Assembly: GCA_041651155.1 (NCBI GenBank)
Contig: JBAZJU010000004.1
Span: 39,427-103,426 of the forward strand
Reading direction: 5' to 3'
DNA: 64,000 nucleotides
DNA from: Patescibacteria group bacterium
GTDB taxonomy: Bacteria > Patescibacteriota > Patescibacteriia > CAIXNZ01
The notes below the pieces were generated by a model that saw nothing but the letters and a program-made list of their open reading frames with translations, did not search any database and had not been told where the DNA came from. Numbering within the stretch: position 1 is the stretch's first letter; each line of letters begins with the position of its first letter. A program made the translations under genes and the position numbers. Shown here piece by piece: positions 9,571 to 19,764 of the stretch.

Positions 9571-10440
9571 ATGACAATAAATGAAATTAAATATCTTTTA
9601 GAACAATATGGAATTAGACCGAGCAAAAGCAAGGGGCAAAATTTTTTAATCAATAAAGAGATCTTAAAAAAAATTGTTGCAGCAGCTGATTTGAAAAATG
9701 ATGATAATGTCTTGGAAATTGGCCCGGGTCTGGGAATTTTAACTGAAGATTTAATCAAAAATTCAAAAAAAGTTTTAAGTGTAGAATTAGACAAGCGTCT
9801 AATCTTTTTTTTAAAGCAAAAATTTGCTCATCAGAAAAATTTGGAAATTTTTGAAGGTGATATTTTGAGGATTAAAAACAGCCAAATAGCAAACCTGCTT
9901 GATTGCCAAAAGGCTGGTTACAAAGTAGTGGCGAATTTGCCCTATAATATCACAAAACCGGTTTTGCGAAAATTTTTAACTTATGAGCCGAGGCCAAAAC
10001 TAATGGTTGTTCTGGTGCAAAAAGAGGTAGCCCAAAAAATCACAGCCAAGCCAGGGGAGATGAGCCTTTTAAGCTTATCAGTGCAACTTTATGGCCAGCC
10101 AGAAATAATTGGCTATGTTGGCAAGGAAAATTTTTATCCCCAGCCAAAGGTAGATAGTGCGATTTTAAAAATTGTGTTTTGGCCGCAAAATTTGGCGCCG
10201 GAAATAAGCCAAATTTTAGACAAAAACATGCAATTTGCAGCCAATAAGTTCTGGCAAATGGTAAAATTTGGCTTTAGTTCGCCAAGAAAACAGTTGCAGA
10301 ATAATTTATCAGCCGGTTTTAAGATACCTAAAGATGAAGTCATTTTGAGGTTAAAAACAGCTAAGTTAAGTGCAAAAATCAGGGCTCAAGACCTGGCTTT
10401 GAGTGATTGGCTCAACCTTTATCAGAAATTTGTAGTTTAA
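9571..10440 (+). CDS. rsmA: 16S rRNA adenine dimethyltransferase
   Basis: GQNFL, LEIGPGLG, VANLPYNI, QKEVA, FYPQPKVDS. Confidence 0.95.
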   Translation: MTINEIKYLLEQYGIRPSKSKGQNFLINKEILKKIVAAADLKNDDNVLEIGPGLGILTEDLIKNSKKVLSVELDKRLIFFLKQKFAHQKNLEIFEGDILRIKNSQIANLLDCQKAGYKVVANLPYNITKPVLRKFLTYEPRPKLMVVLVQKEVAQKITAKPGEMSLLSLSVQLYGQPEIIGYVGKENFYPQPKVDSAILKIVFWPQNLAPEISQILDKNMQFAANKFWQMVKFGFSSPRKQLQNNLSAGFKIPKDEVILRLKTAKLSAKIRAQDLALSDWLNLYQKFVV

Positions 10441-10520
10441 AGAAGCTTTTTGTGTTATAATTATATTCAGAGATCTGAGAGAAAGGCCCAGGAAGTTTTA
10501 AAATTTAAAAGATAAATATA

Positions 10521-11375
10521 ATGGCCTTTGGTAAAGAAAAAATTAAAGAATTTCTTGAGGGAAAAACTGAAAAAATAAGTGAAAAAATTGAAAAGACTCC
10601 CATTGACAAGTTCTTCCTGTTTTTTTTGATTTTAATTACAATTTCAGCCCTAGTTTTGGGTTACCTGCAGTTTAAGAAAAATCTGGAGTCGCCTTTAGCA
10701 GACAGTTATTTAAGGGAAAAAAGAGGCCAGCTAAGGGACCAGTATGGTTTGCTTAATTTAATTAATGGCAATGAAAATACCAACCAAAATTTAAGCCAGG
10801 CAGATATTGATAAATTAAAAAGCCAGGATAGTGATTTGGACGGCCTGAATGATTATGAAGAAATATATATTTACCATACCAATGCTTATAACGAAGACAC
10901 TGATGGAGATGGCCTTAGCGATAAGCAGGAAGTTTTAAATAACACTGATCCTAATTGCGCCCAAGGCCAGGATTGCACTGCCTTACAAACAGCAGGCACT
11001 GTTACTTCTGCAGGGGATAATATAAATACAAATCAAGACTCGTCTGCCAGCCAGCCAGATTTAGCAAGCCTGGATCAGAATGCAATTTTAAATTTGGAAA
11101 CCCAGCTTTTATCAGGCGAAATTACTTTGCAGGATTTGGGCATTGATGACCCTGAATTGCAAAATACTTTTGATCAGATTAGAAACGGGCAAGCCACTGA
11201 TTTGAGCCAACTGCAGCCAGAGGAAAAGAGCGCGGCAATTGAGACTTTAAAAAATTTAACTCCGCAGCAAATCAGAGATGAATTGATCAAGCAAGGAATG
11301 TCTGAGGCTGATTTGGATAAAATAGATGATCAGACTTTGCAAAAAGTATTTTTGGACACAATAGGCAAATATTAA
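10521..11375 (+). CDS. Membrane-anchored protein with bacterial thrombospondin type-3-like Ca-binding repeats
   Basis: One TM; DSDLDGLNDYEE and DTDGDGLSDKQE...TDP. Confidence 0.7.
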   Translation: MAFGKEKIKEFLEGKTEKISEKIEKTPIDKFFLFFLILITISALVLGYLQFKKNLESPLADSYLREKRGQLRDQYGLLNLINGNENTNQNLSQADIDKLKSQDSDLDGLNDYEEIYIYHTNAYNEDTDGDGLSDKQEVLNNTDPNCAQGQDCTALQTAGTVTSAGDNINTNQDSSASQPDLASLDQNAILNLETQLLSGEITLQDLGIDDPELQNTFDQIRNGQATDLSQLQPEEKSAAIETLKNLTPQQIRDELIKQGMSEADLDKIDDQTLQKVFLDTIGKY

Positions 11376-11410
11376 AAATTTTAAATAGAAAAATAAAAAG
11401 CCTTTTGACC

Positions 11411-14400
11411 ATGCAAAAGACAAAAAAAACAAAATTGCGTAAAGTAATAATCGGGTTTATTGCCGTATTTTTTGTTGTAAATAGTTTCAGCGCAATATTG
11501 ATTTTTAATGTTGAACAGGCAAGCGCTCAAGATAAGGCGGGGTCTGAAGTGGGAGTGACAGCAGGCATACCGGTTACAAATCAGGCATATGCAATAGAAA
11601 GATTTTTGGGCAGTGTAACTGATGAACTAAAAGCAGTGTTTTTCAAAAATATTTTAGGCAATTTGCTTAATAAAATCGCTTCCCAGACAGCTACTTGGAT
11701 TGCCACAGGCGCCAAAGGCAAAGGCCCATACTGGATTACCAATCTAAAGCAATTTACCACTGATTATGCTCAAGGCGCGATCACTGATATGGTCGTTGAA
11801 TCCATTAAGAATGTGACGGGCATAAATATCTGCGAATTTGATCCGCGCATGGCTATTGATTTAGCCCTGCAAATTCCCATGTTCCCGGAATATAAAGGTT
11901 ATCAGCCTAATTGCGATTACACAAAATTAAAAAATCATTGGGATGAAATCGGCAAGTCAAATTTGCTGACTTTTAATTATAGCATTACTGCCGGCGGAGA
12001 ATTTCAGAAAAATTCAGCTCAGCTTTCCAATTCAGTAAGCGTTGACAGGACTTTGTTGGTCTGGGATAAATCATTACTGCAATATCTTTTAAAACTGTCT
12101 CCTTGTGAGCCAAGCGGCATTGGCGAAATTACCTGCGTTGCTCCTGGAATGACTGAGAATCCAGAACAATATATTAAGTCCCAATTGCAGCAAATAGCTG
12201 ATGCTTTGGATACTTTAACTGGCAAATTAGCTTCTGATGTTGAGCTGATGACTAAAAATGCCCAATTAAATACGCCTGTGCAATTATATGTCGGTTCTTT
12301 TATTATCCAGCCGGAAAGAATAAATGACATTAAAGATGCCTGGAATAAAGAAATGGATATATGGGTGACCAAGGCTAATAAAATTAATGATCAATTCAGC
12401 AAATGCCAGAATAAAACCAGGGAGCAGCTTTTAGCTGATCCTAATTGCGTTTCTGTCTTGATTGAATTAGGGTTTGGAGCTTTAGATGTGCCTGGTGCGC
12501 AGTCATCTGTGCTTGTGCCAGATCCTGCGGCACAAACCGAATGCCAAATAATTGCTGGTTGTATGAAAGCTGATGATTGCGCAAATATCCCTGCTTGCAC
12601 AGGCGGTGATCCAATATGCCCGCCAGAATGTACTCAAGCAGATTGCAAAGAAACGCCAAAGCCATTGGGATGTATAAGGACTCAAAATTGCCAGGATTGC
12701 CTGGATAATATTGACGATTGCAGTAAGGTTCCTGCACGATGCAAAATAAGCGGATCTCAGGCTGTTAATACTTTCCAGAGCGAAGTAACAGCCAAAACAA
12801 CTTATGTCGCGGCCACAGCCACTTCTTTGATTAGCGGTTTTAATTATTTGAAAACTCAGATGAATGACAATCTCAACCCTGCCAATTTTGAAGGCGGGGC
12901 AGCTTACAGCGCTAAATTAGCCCAGGGACTTTTTGATCCTCAGGCCAACCAGTTTAATACCTATAAAACTTTATATGAGCAAATGGCCAAGGAAGGTTTA
13001 GGGACATTTGCCGAAAAGCAATTGCAGGCTACGGTTAATCAAGGCTGGAAAAATGCAGAGGACAAAATTTCCGGTTATATTAATACGCCGGCAGAACTTT
13101 TAAAAGCCAAGGCAGTTGAGGATTTGACCAAAAATGATACTTCATTAACCTATACCAAAAGCATAATCGCTGATTCTTTGGGTGTATTTTTAAAAACTTT
13201 GTGGAATAAATATATGCAAAAGCTTTTGAGTTCGCTTTCAAATTCCCACCAAGAACAAAACACCCAGCAATCTTTGGCAGCTCTTTCCGGAACGTCTGTG
13301 ACTGCGCCCCAATCATCAAGCGATCAATATACGCAAAGGATTATAAGCGCCCAGGGAGTGGAAAATTATATTACCAAATTAGCCCAGCAGTTTACAGTTA
13401 ATTTTTCATTTAAAGATGTGGATCTTTTAAGCGCCTTCCAGACAAATTTAAGCGGCGAAGTTAATCCGGATCTTTATAATAATGTCATTGATCAGAATTT
13501 AGCCCAGGCTATCAATGATAAATTAACCATCAAAGAGGCTCTGGCTCAAAATAAATTAATCGGCACATATACATTTTCCTGGAATGAAAAAGCAGATTTG
13601 GGGACATATAACTTAGCTAATCTGAAGAAATTAAGAAAAGCGCGCGTTATCCCTCTGGGTTTGGAATTAGCCGCTGAATTAGTCAGGGATTGCAATTATC
13701 GCCAAGATTTGGGGGCTGATTATGCGCAATATAAAGATTTAGATTTTGATGATACGAATTTTTCCAATGCTTCATTGCAGGGCTATAGCAATACAGCAGA
13801 TCCTTTAAAATACCAAAGGTTAAGAAATTGTTTATTTAAGCCTTTGACAGAAAGTACTTCAGATGCGGCTGCGGTCAGGAATTATAACAGTAAACGATTA
13901 AATGAATCAGTTAAGGCAACTTTGGCTGAGGTGGTCTCTGGGTTTGATAAGTCTGGGACAGGCGCTTGCGGCGGCAATGATTTAGATGAAGAGGAGTCTC
14001 CTTTCTGCAATTTAGTCAATCCCAACTGGGTTTTAAAATTGCCAGTGACTAAATGTTCCCTGCCGACTGAGGCTGAGCCATATGGTGAGATATTGCAATC
14101 AAATAATGATGTCTCACGCTATTCCCATTGTCCGGATTTTGCCAGCTGTTTGCAGGACGATGGCAAAGGCGGCTGTGTCGGTGAAAATTATGGCTTCTGC
14201 GTGAAGGAAAAAAACGTCTGGCAATTCAATGTCAATACTTGCCCGGCTGACTTTAATAGCTGTCAGACTTTTAAAACAGATAAGTCAGATAACGCCAGCC
14301 TGGTTTCATATTTAAAAAATACCTTAAGCGGCAGTGATGTTTGCAGTGCGGCCAATGCCGGTTGCACTTCGTATTTAACTAAAACAGATCAGGCCAGCGC

Positions 14401-17400
14401 CTGGAAAGATCCATTTGTAATTTATAAAAACAGACAGGACTGTGAAACGGCTGGTTTTGGCTGGTTAGCTGAGCAAAATGTTTGCGATCCGTCTAGGATC
14501 TATCTGAATAGAAATGTTAATAGCTGCGTAGTAGCTGATGAAGGCTGCCATGAATTTATGTATTACCGCAATCCGACGAATAATTTACTGCCTGATTCCA
14601 GTTTTGAATTCGCCCAGGATAATACTTTTCCGGCTCATTGGGATTTACTCCTGCAAAGCGAGGTTAGCCAGGATATTTGTACTAATTTGAATGACCCAGC
14701 GAAAAATGTAGGCTGTCAAAGAGAAGGCAATTGCGGATATATCAAAACTTGTTTGAATTATAATTATAAGGATAAAGCTTTGTGCTCAGAAAATAACGGG
14801 CAGTGGTTTCCTGGCGGGTTTTGCAGTGATGGCTCAAGCCCTGATCAAGCTGCTTGCGCTGCTAATTCTGGCCAGTGGTTATATTGCGTTGGTGGCATCA
14901 AGGCCAATGCTGAAAAAAATGATTGTGCCAATAATGCCGGCCAGTTCAGGGAGTATTGTTTAACCAGTTTATTAAAATATAATCTTTGCTCAAATCCTCA
15001 ATATGATAACCAAGCTGCCTGCACAAGTCAGAATGGCACCTGGCATGAAGAATGCCAAAAAGGAGGCCAGGTCGTTACTAATTTGCTGAGACAAGATGAC
15101 TGCGAAGATCCAAATAACGGCGGAACCTGGGTGAGTTTTTGCCAAGGCGCGCAATTATATAATTCCACTAAAGCGCAGTGTCAAAAACTTTTAGGCGCCT
15201 GGCAAGGCGAAGGGCCTTTTACAAGTTTGGGCAGCGTTTCTAAAAATGGCAATGATACCGAGCAAGGCCTGGGCAAATTGCAGATTAATATCGGCAGCCT
15301 GACAGCTGGCCAGGAATTAAGATTAATTTACAAAAATAGCTTTAGCGATACTAGTAAAGTCTTAACCAAAGCAGGTGATGTGTATACCGCTTCAGTTTAC
15401 ATTAAATCCGATCAGGCTTTAAGTTCTCCGATAATATTTAGCTTAATCGGCGGTCAAGGTGAAAGCGAAATTAGCAGTAATAGTATAACCGTTGGGCAAT
15501 CATATGAGCAGGTTAGCAGTACGCTAATTACTTCCAGTCCGGGCAATGATTTAGAGTTGCGTATAAATTTACCAGCGGAACAAACCGGCGCAAATATCTT
15601 TATTGATACTGCTTCCTTGATAATGAATTCACTGGATCAGGTTCGCAGTTATGATTTTGTCCAGTCTTACCAGGATTATGACCTGAATAGCAAGGTTTAT
15701 TATAAAAAACCTGCAGAAAATTTATCTTGCCATGGTTACGGGCCGAATGATCCTCCTCCAAAATTAGAATCAAACGGCTGTTCTGATAATGGCCAAACTT
15801 ATTGTGAAAATACATGCAACGGCTATTGGGATGGAACCAATATTTATTCCACTGCCAAGTTCTGCTATCAGTACGCGCCAGACAATCCTTCATGCAGTAA
15901 TTTTATGAAAATGTGCGAGCCAGAAGAAGTCGGCTGCCAAATGTATACGCCTGTAAATGGCGATCCGTCTATCCCAGGCGTGGTTAGTTTGACTGACTAT
16001 TGTCCGGCTGAATGCGTTGGCTTCCAAACATATAAGCAAGATCCGACATTGTATGAGCCAGAACCCGATCCTTTATTTAATAATTTTATTTCCGAAACTG
16101 CAACAAGTTGTACTTTGGATGAAGTCGGTTGTTCGCAATTTACAAACTTAGACTCTGTAGCTCAAGGCGGAGAGGGCATTGAATATTATTCTTACATCAG
16201 GCAGTGTATTAAGCCAAATCTAGGTTTGGGCGAAAAGACCTTTTTCACCTGGCAAAGCTCAGCCAGCGGGCCGCCTCAATTAGTAAAATACCAATACCAA
16301 AGCGATAAAATAACAGGTGCGCCGAAAACCATTGATAATTCCGGCGATTGCACAATATCATTGGGCGCAGAAGATTTTAATTGCATTAAATTTTTTGACA
16401 GCGCAGGCATAGAATATTACCGCGATAATCGAAAAACTATTACAGTGGCTGATGATTGCCATCCCTACAGAAAGACAGAATCTACACAGGCTAATTGTGT
16501 GGCAACCAATGGACGCTGGCAAGCCGACATTAATGCCTGCCTTTATGATGCGATCCCAAGTGAAGGCTTAGCTTGCAGCGCAGCCTCTAATAATTGCCGG
16601 GCTTATGTGGGTAATCGCGGCAATAATGTATATTTCCAGATTTATGATACTTTTGAAAATGGCCAGATATCAGATTGGTTTACCGGAACTGACGGGACTG
16701 GTACAGAAGGTTTGTTGCCCTCAAGCGAATCTTTAGTTCTGGGCGGACATTCATTGTCTGTTGCAAATTCAGTCAGGGAAATTCATAAATCTGTGAGTCT
16801 GGCCAAAGGCAATTTATACACTTTGTCTTTTTGGGCGAAAACTGACAATTCCGCCGGCAATAATATAGGTGTAAAATTTAATGCGGGTCAGGCTAAATCT
16901 TTTGCCGCGGTTGATGATAAAAAAGTTGCTTTAACAACTAATTGGAAAAATTATAATTTAGGCCCGATTCTAATTGACTGGGATCCAAGCGGCAATGACA
17001 GTTTAAATTTTAGCGGCTTAAACAGCAAAATTTATCTGGACAATATAGTTTTGAAAGTCGTTAAAGATAATGTTTATGTGGTCAAAAATAGTTGGAATAC
17101 GCCTGATTCTTGCAACCAAAATTTCTTTGGGGCAAAGGCAGCTTCTGATGAAATTCCGCCAATGCTTGGTTGCCAGGCTTATACTGATACTTTAGGCCAA
17201 ACGCATAATCTCAAATCATTCACCAGCTTATGCCGTTCAAGCGCGGTCGGTTGCCAGCTGCTGATAGATACGCAAAATTCAACAAGTCCAAATCAGCAGA
17301 TATTTAATGGTGATAATGCTTCTTATCTTGATGATTATACTGTTTCCCAAGATCAATTGGCTGCCTATATTCTGAATGATAGTAATCGTTGCACTGCTGA

Positions 17401-19756
17401 AAATAAAGGCTGCCAAAAATTAGGCTTGCCAAGCTATGGAACGACAGGTGACCCGACATTTTCGGATAAATATCTGAAAAACGATCCCAACCTTTATGTT
17501 AACGCGCCAAACTCCATCATGTGCAGTGAAGAATCATTGGGTTGCAGTGAATTAATCAATGAGTCAGGAACTCCTGAATATTATAAAATAGACCAGACAA
17601 AACTCTGTGAATTCAAAACAGGTTTAGTGGCTGGAGTGAGTGTTGACGGCTGGTTTAAAAAAGGCAGTGCAACTTTGGGTTGCGGTTCTCTGCCGTATGA
17701 CCAGGCTAATTGTCCAGTTGGTGCAGGCGTTTGGAGCGAGAAATACAACCAGTGCGTGATTGTTTTAAATGATGTAACCAGCCAGGATATCTGCGTAGCT
17801 GGCAAGGGCGAATGGCTGGGCAGCAAATGTCTGGCTAATCCTTTTACAATTTATAAAATAGCTGAAGCCAATAAATATAATGGCTATGTTGGAATTTGTG
17901 AAAATAAATGGAATGGCTGTACCCAGTTTACAGATGTTAATCCAAATTTTGTCGCTAATAATAGTTTTGAAACAACAAGCGAAGGCGCGCTTTTGTCCTG
18001 GAATTCAGCAGCATCTGAGAGCTTGGGAATTTACAGGGTAGTTAGCGACAGAGTCCAGGAAGGCAATAATGCTTTGCAATTAATAAAACGAACAGAGCAA
18101 AATGCAAGCGGAGATACTTACGGGTTTGGCCAAACCATTTATCGTTTAGAAAAAGGCAAAACTTATAAAGTTTCTTTTTATTATCGTGTGCCAGCTGAGG
18201 CCAGCGGACGTGGCGAGAGCTGTCTGAGTCCGAGCGCTGCTTTTTCTTTTAATTCCTCAGACGGTATCTGTTCCAACCCTAATCATTTGACCAAAGAAAC
18301 ATGCACAGCCACAGAAACATGGAAAGCTGCGCCGCAAACTGCGGTAAATTATTATAACGCAGAAGGCGACTGGAAAAAAGTAGAAGTTTTGTATTCTGTG
18401 CCTCTGGGGATTTGTTCCACTCCTGGCAGACTGACTCAGGCAGATTGTCTGGCAGGCGGCGGCAGCTGGCAAGACCTTAAGCAGCTGCAGGATTATAAAT
18501 TGGTTTTATACGCGCCAGCTAATGCAAATTGTCCGGATTCTTATGTTTTATATGATCAGGTTGAGGTTAAAGATTATCAGGAAGACAGCTATTATGTCAT
18601 TGATCAAGGAGATAATCTTGATCGCTCCAGCTGCAATAGCATCAATTGGGATTCAGGTTGCGTGCAATTTTTGAATTCAAATACTAATTCTTACGAAATA
18701 ATTCAGGTTGCCAACGACCGCAATTGCGAGGAATGGGCAGTTTGCACCAGTCATTGTTCTGACACCGTGTCTGCCACAGAAGCGGACTGCAAAGCTAATG
18801 GACAAACCTGGAATGCTAGTCTCTGCACTGCCACGAATTTGTGCACTCAAGGAACAACAGATAACTGTACGGCCTATGCGCCTAAAAAAGATAATGTGCG
18901 CTATGGTTTAGACAGCGCGCCATTGGATGTAAAAAGAATAAGCGATTTTACAAACCAACAAGGCTATATTTACCGTTATGGCGCGGGTCCTTTGAGCCAG
19001 CTGACAGAGTGGCGGGCAGGTGACTATTCCGGCTATACAATTCCTGACCGTTTGCCGATTGAAGAGGAAATTAGTTTAGCGCCTGATCAGCAATTTAAGA
19101 CATTCCAGCCGGTTAATGATCTGGGAACCAATACTGATGATAGGCGCTATACTGAAGCGATTTGCAAAATTTTTCCCAGCGCTGACTCGCCAGTGCCTTA
19201 TGTTTTATCCCAGCAGCCGGGCTATGAAAATTTGAAGAGTTTATACAGTCAGACTTATGGTGAAAAATCCATGTCTTTTGAAGTGCTGCAAAGTAATTTG
19301 AATAAAATCGGCACAGGCTGTTTTTATGCCAAGGCAGAAGGCTCTGGCGTAACTACTTATGTGCCGCGCCTCCTGAACCCAGCCGCTGTCTGCACCTCGC
19401 CTTTAGATTTGCAAGGGAAAGTTTGCGAGATTAATGCGAATAATTGTAAAACCAGCTTTGGCGGGATTGAAACAGATGCCTGCAGTAATATTGAAAAAGT
19501 CACTGAGTTTAACGGCCTGGAAGGCATGTGTTTGGAATTTGACACTTTAAATCCGCTTTTTAGCACGATTTATAAAGATTTATATAAATCACTTGATGAA
19601 TCAGAAAATTTAACCGGGTCTGATTATCAGCCTTATGCGTGTTTAACATATTATCCGTTTTTGACTGATACCTGCCCGTTTCACGATGCAAATAATTGCG
19701 CTGCTGATCCCGGCTGCAATTGGACTGAGCCTTCAGGCCCTTGTATCCATAAATAA
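11411..19756 (+). CDS. Giant (~2780 aa) Cys-rich exported protein with CBM-like domains, in the T4SS locus
   Basis: N-terminal signal/TM; many C-x3-4-G-x-W and C-x3-VGC motifs; three CBM4/9-like segments (LLPDSSFE, YTLSFWAK/IYLDNI, FVANNSFE/YKVSFYY). Confidence 0.8.
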   Translation: MQKTKKTKLRKVIIGFIAVFFVVNSFSAILIFNVEQASAQDKAGSEVGVTAGIPVTNQAYAIERFLGSVTDELKAVFFKNILGNLLNKIASQTATWIATGAKGKGPYWITNLKQFTTDYAQGAITDMVVESIKNVTGINICEFDPRMAIDLALQIPMFPEYKGYQPNCDYTKLKNHWDEIGKSNLLTFNYSITAGGEFQKNSAQLSNSVSVDRTLLVWDKSLLQYLLKLSPCEPSGIGEITCVAPGMTENPEQYIKSQLQQIADALDTLTGKLASDVELMTKNAQLNTPVQLYVGSFIIQPERINDIKDAWNKEMDIWVTKANKINDQFSKCQNKTREQLLADPNCVSVLIELGFGALDVPGAQSSVLVPDPAAQTECQIIAGCMKADDCANIPACTGGDPICPPECTQADCKETPKPLGCIRTQNCQDCLDNIDDCSKVPARCKISGSQAVNTFQSEVTAKTTYVAATATSLISGFNYLKTQMNDNLNPANFEGGAAYSAKLAQGLFDPQANQFNTYKTLYEQMAKEGLGTFAEKQLQATVNQGWKNAEDKISGYINTPAELLKAKAVEDLTKNDTSLTYTKSIIADSLGVFLKTLWNKYMQKLLSSLSNSHQEQNTQQSLAALSGTSVTAPQSSSDQYTQRIISAQGVENYITKLAQQFTVNFSFKDVDLLSAFQTNLSGEVNPDLYNNVIDQNLAQAINDKLTIKEALAQNKLIGTYTFSWNEKADLGTYNLANLKKLRKARVIPLGLELAAELVRDCNYRQDLGADYAQYKDLDFDDTNFSNASLQGYSNTADPLKYQRLRNCLFKPLTESTSDAAAVRNYNSKRLNESVKATLAEVVSGFDKSGTGACGGNDLDEEESPFCNLVNPNWVLKLPVTKCSLPTEAEPYGEILQSNNDVSRYSHCPDFASCLQDDGKGGCVGENYGFCVKEKNVWQFNVNTCPADFNSCQTFKTDKSDNASLVSYLKNTLSGSDVCSAANAGCTSYLTKTDQASAWKDPFVIYKNRQDCETAGFGWLAEQNVCDPSRIYLNRNVNSCVVADEGCHEFMYYRNPTNNLLPDSSFEFAQDNTFPAHWDLLLQSEVSQDICTNLNDPAKNVGCQREGNCGYIKTCLNYNYKDKALCSENNGQWFPGGFCSDGSSPDQAACAANSGQWLYCVGGIKANAEKNDCANNAGQFREYCLTSLLKYNLCSNPQYDNQAACTSQNGTWHEECQKGGQVVTNLLRQDDCEDPNNGGTWVSFCQGAQLYNSTKAQCQKLLGAWQGEGPFTSLGSVSKNGNDTEQGLGKLQINIGSLTAGQELRLIYKNSFSDTSKVLTKAGDVYTASVYIKSDQALSSPIIFSLIGGQGESEISSNSITVGQSYEQVSSTLITSSPGNDLELRINLPAEQTGANIFIDTASLIMNSLDQVRSYDFVQSYQDYDLNSKVYYKKPAENLSCHGYGPNDPPPKLESNGCSDNGQTYCENTCNGYWDGTNIYSTAKFCYQYAPDNPSCSNFMKMCEPEEVGCQMYTPVNGDPSIPGVVSLTDYCPAECVGFQTYKQDPTLYEPEPDPLFNNFISETATSCTLDEVGCSQFTNLDSVAQGGEGIEYYSYIRQCIKPNLGLGEKTFFTWQSSASGPPQLVKYQYQSDKITGAPKTIDNSGDCTISLGAEDFNCIKFFDSAGIEYYRDNRKTITVADDCHPYRKTESTQANCVATNGRWQADINACLYDAIPSEGLACSAASNNCRAYVGNRGNNVYFQIYDTFENGQISDWFTGTDGTGTEGLLPSSESLVLGGHSLSVANSVREIHKSVSLAKGNLYTLSFWAKTDNSAGNNIGVKFNAGQAKSFAAVDDKKVALTTNWKNYNLGPILIDWDPSGNDSLNFSGLNSKIYLDNIVLKVVKDNVYVVKNSWNTPDSCNQNFFGAKAASDEIPPMLGCQAYTDTLGQTHNLKSFTSLCRSSAVGCQLLIDTQNSTSPNQQIFNGDNASYLDDYTVSQDQLAAYILNDSNRCTAENKGCQKLGLPSYGTTGDPTFSDKYLKNDPNLYVNAPNSIMCSEESLGCSELINESGTPEYYKIDQTKLCEFKTGLVAGVSVDGWFKKGSATLGCGSLPYDQANCPVGAGVWSEKYNQCVIVLNDVTSQDICVAGKGEWLGSKCLANPFTIYKIAEANKYNGYVGICENKWNGCTQFTDVNPNFVANNSFETTSEGALLSWNSAASESLGIYRVVSDRVQEGNNALQLIKRTEQNASGDTYGFGQTIYRLEKGKTYKVSFYYRVPAEASGRGESCLSPSAAFSFNSSDGICSNPNHLTKETCTATETWKAAPQTAVNYYNAEGDWKKVEVLYSVPLGICSTPGRLTQADCLAGGGSWQDLKQLQDYKLVLYAPANANCPDSYVLYDQVEVKDYQEDSYYVIDQGDNLDRSSCNSINWDSGCVQFLNSNTNSYEIIQVANDRNCEEWAVCTSHCSDTVSATEADCKANGQTWNASLCTATNLCTQGTTDNCTAYAPKKDNVRYGLDSAPLDVKRISDFTNQQGYIYRYGAGPLSQLTEWRAGDYSGYTIPDRLPIEEEISLAPDQQFKTFQPVNDLGTNTDDRRYTEAICKIFPSADSPVPYVLSQQPGYENLKSLYSQTYGEKSMSFEVLQSNLNKIGTGCFYAKAEGSGVTTYVPRLLNPAAVCTSPLDLQGKVCEINANNCKTSFGGIETDACSNIEKVTEFNGLEGMCLEFDTLNPLFSTIYKDLYKSLDESENLTGSDYQPYACLTYYPFLTDTCPFHDANNCAADPGCNWTEPSGPCIHK

Positions 19757-19764
19757 AAAAATAA

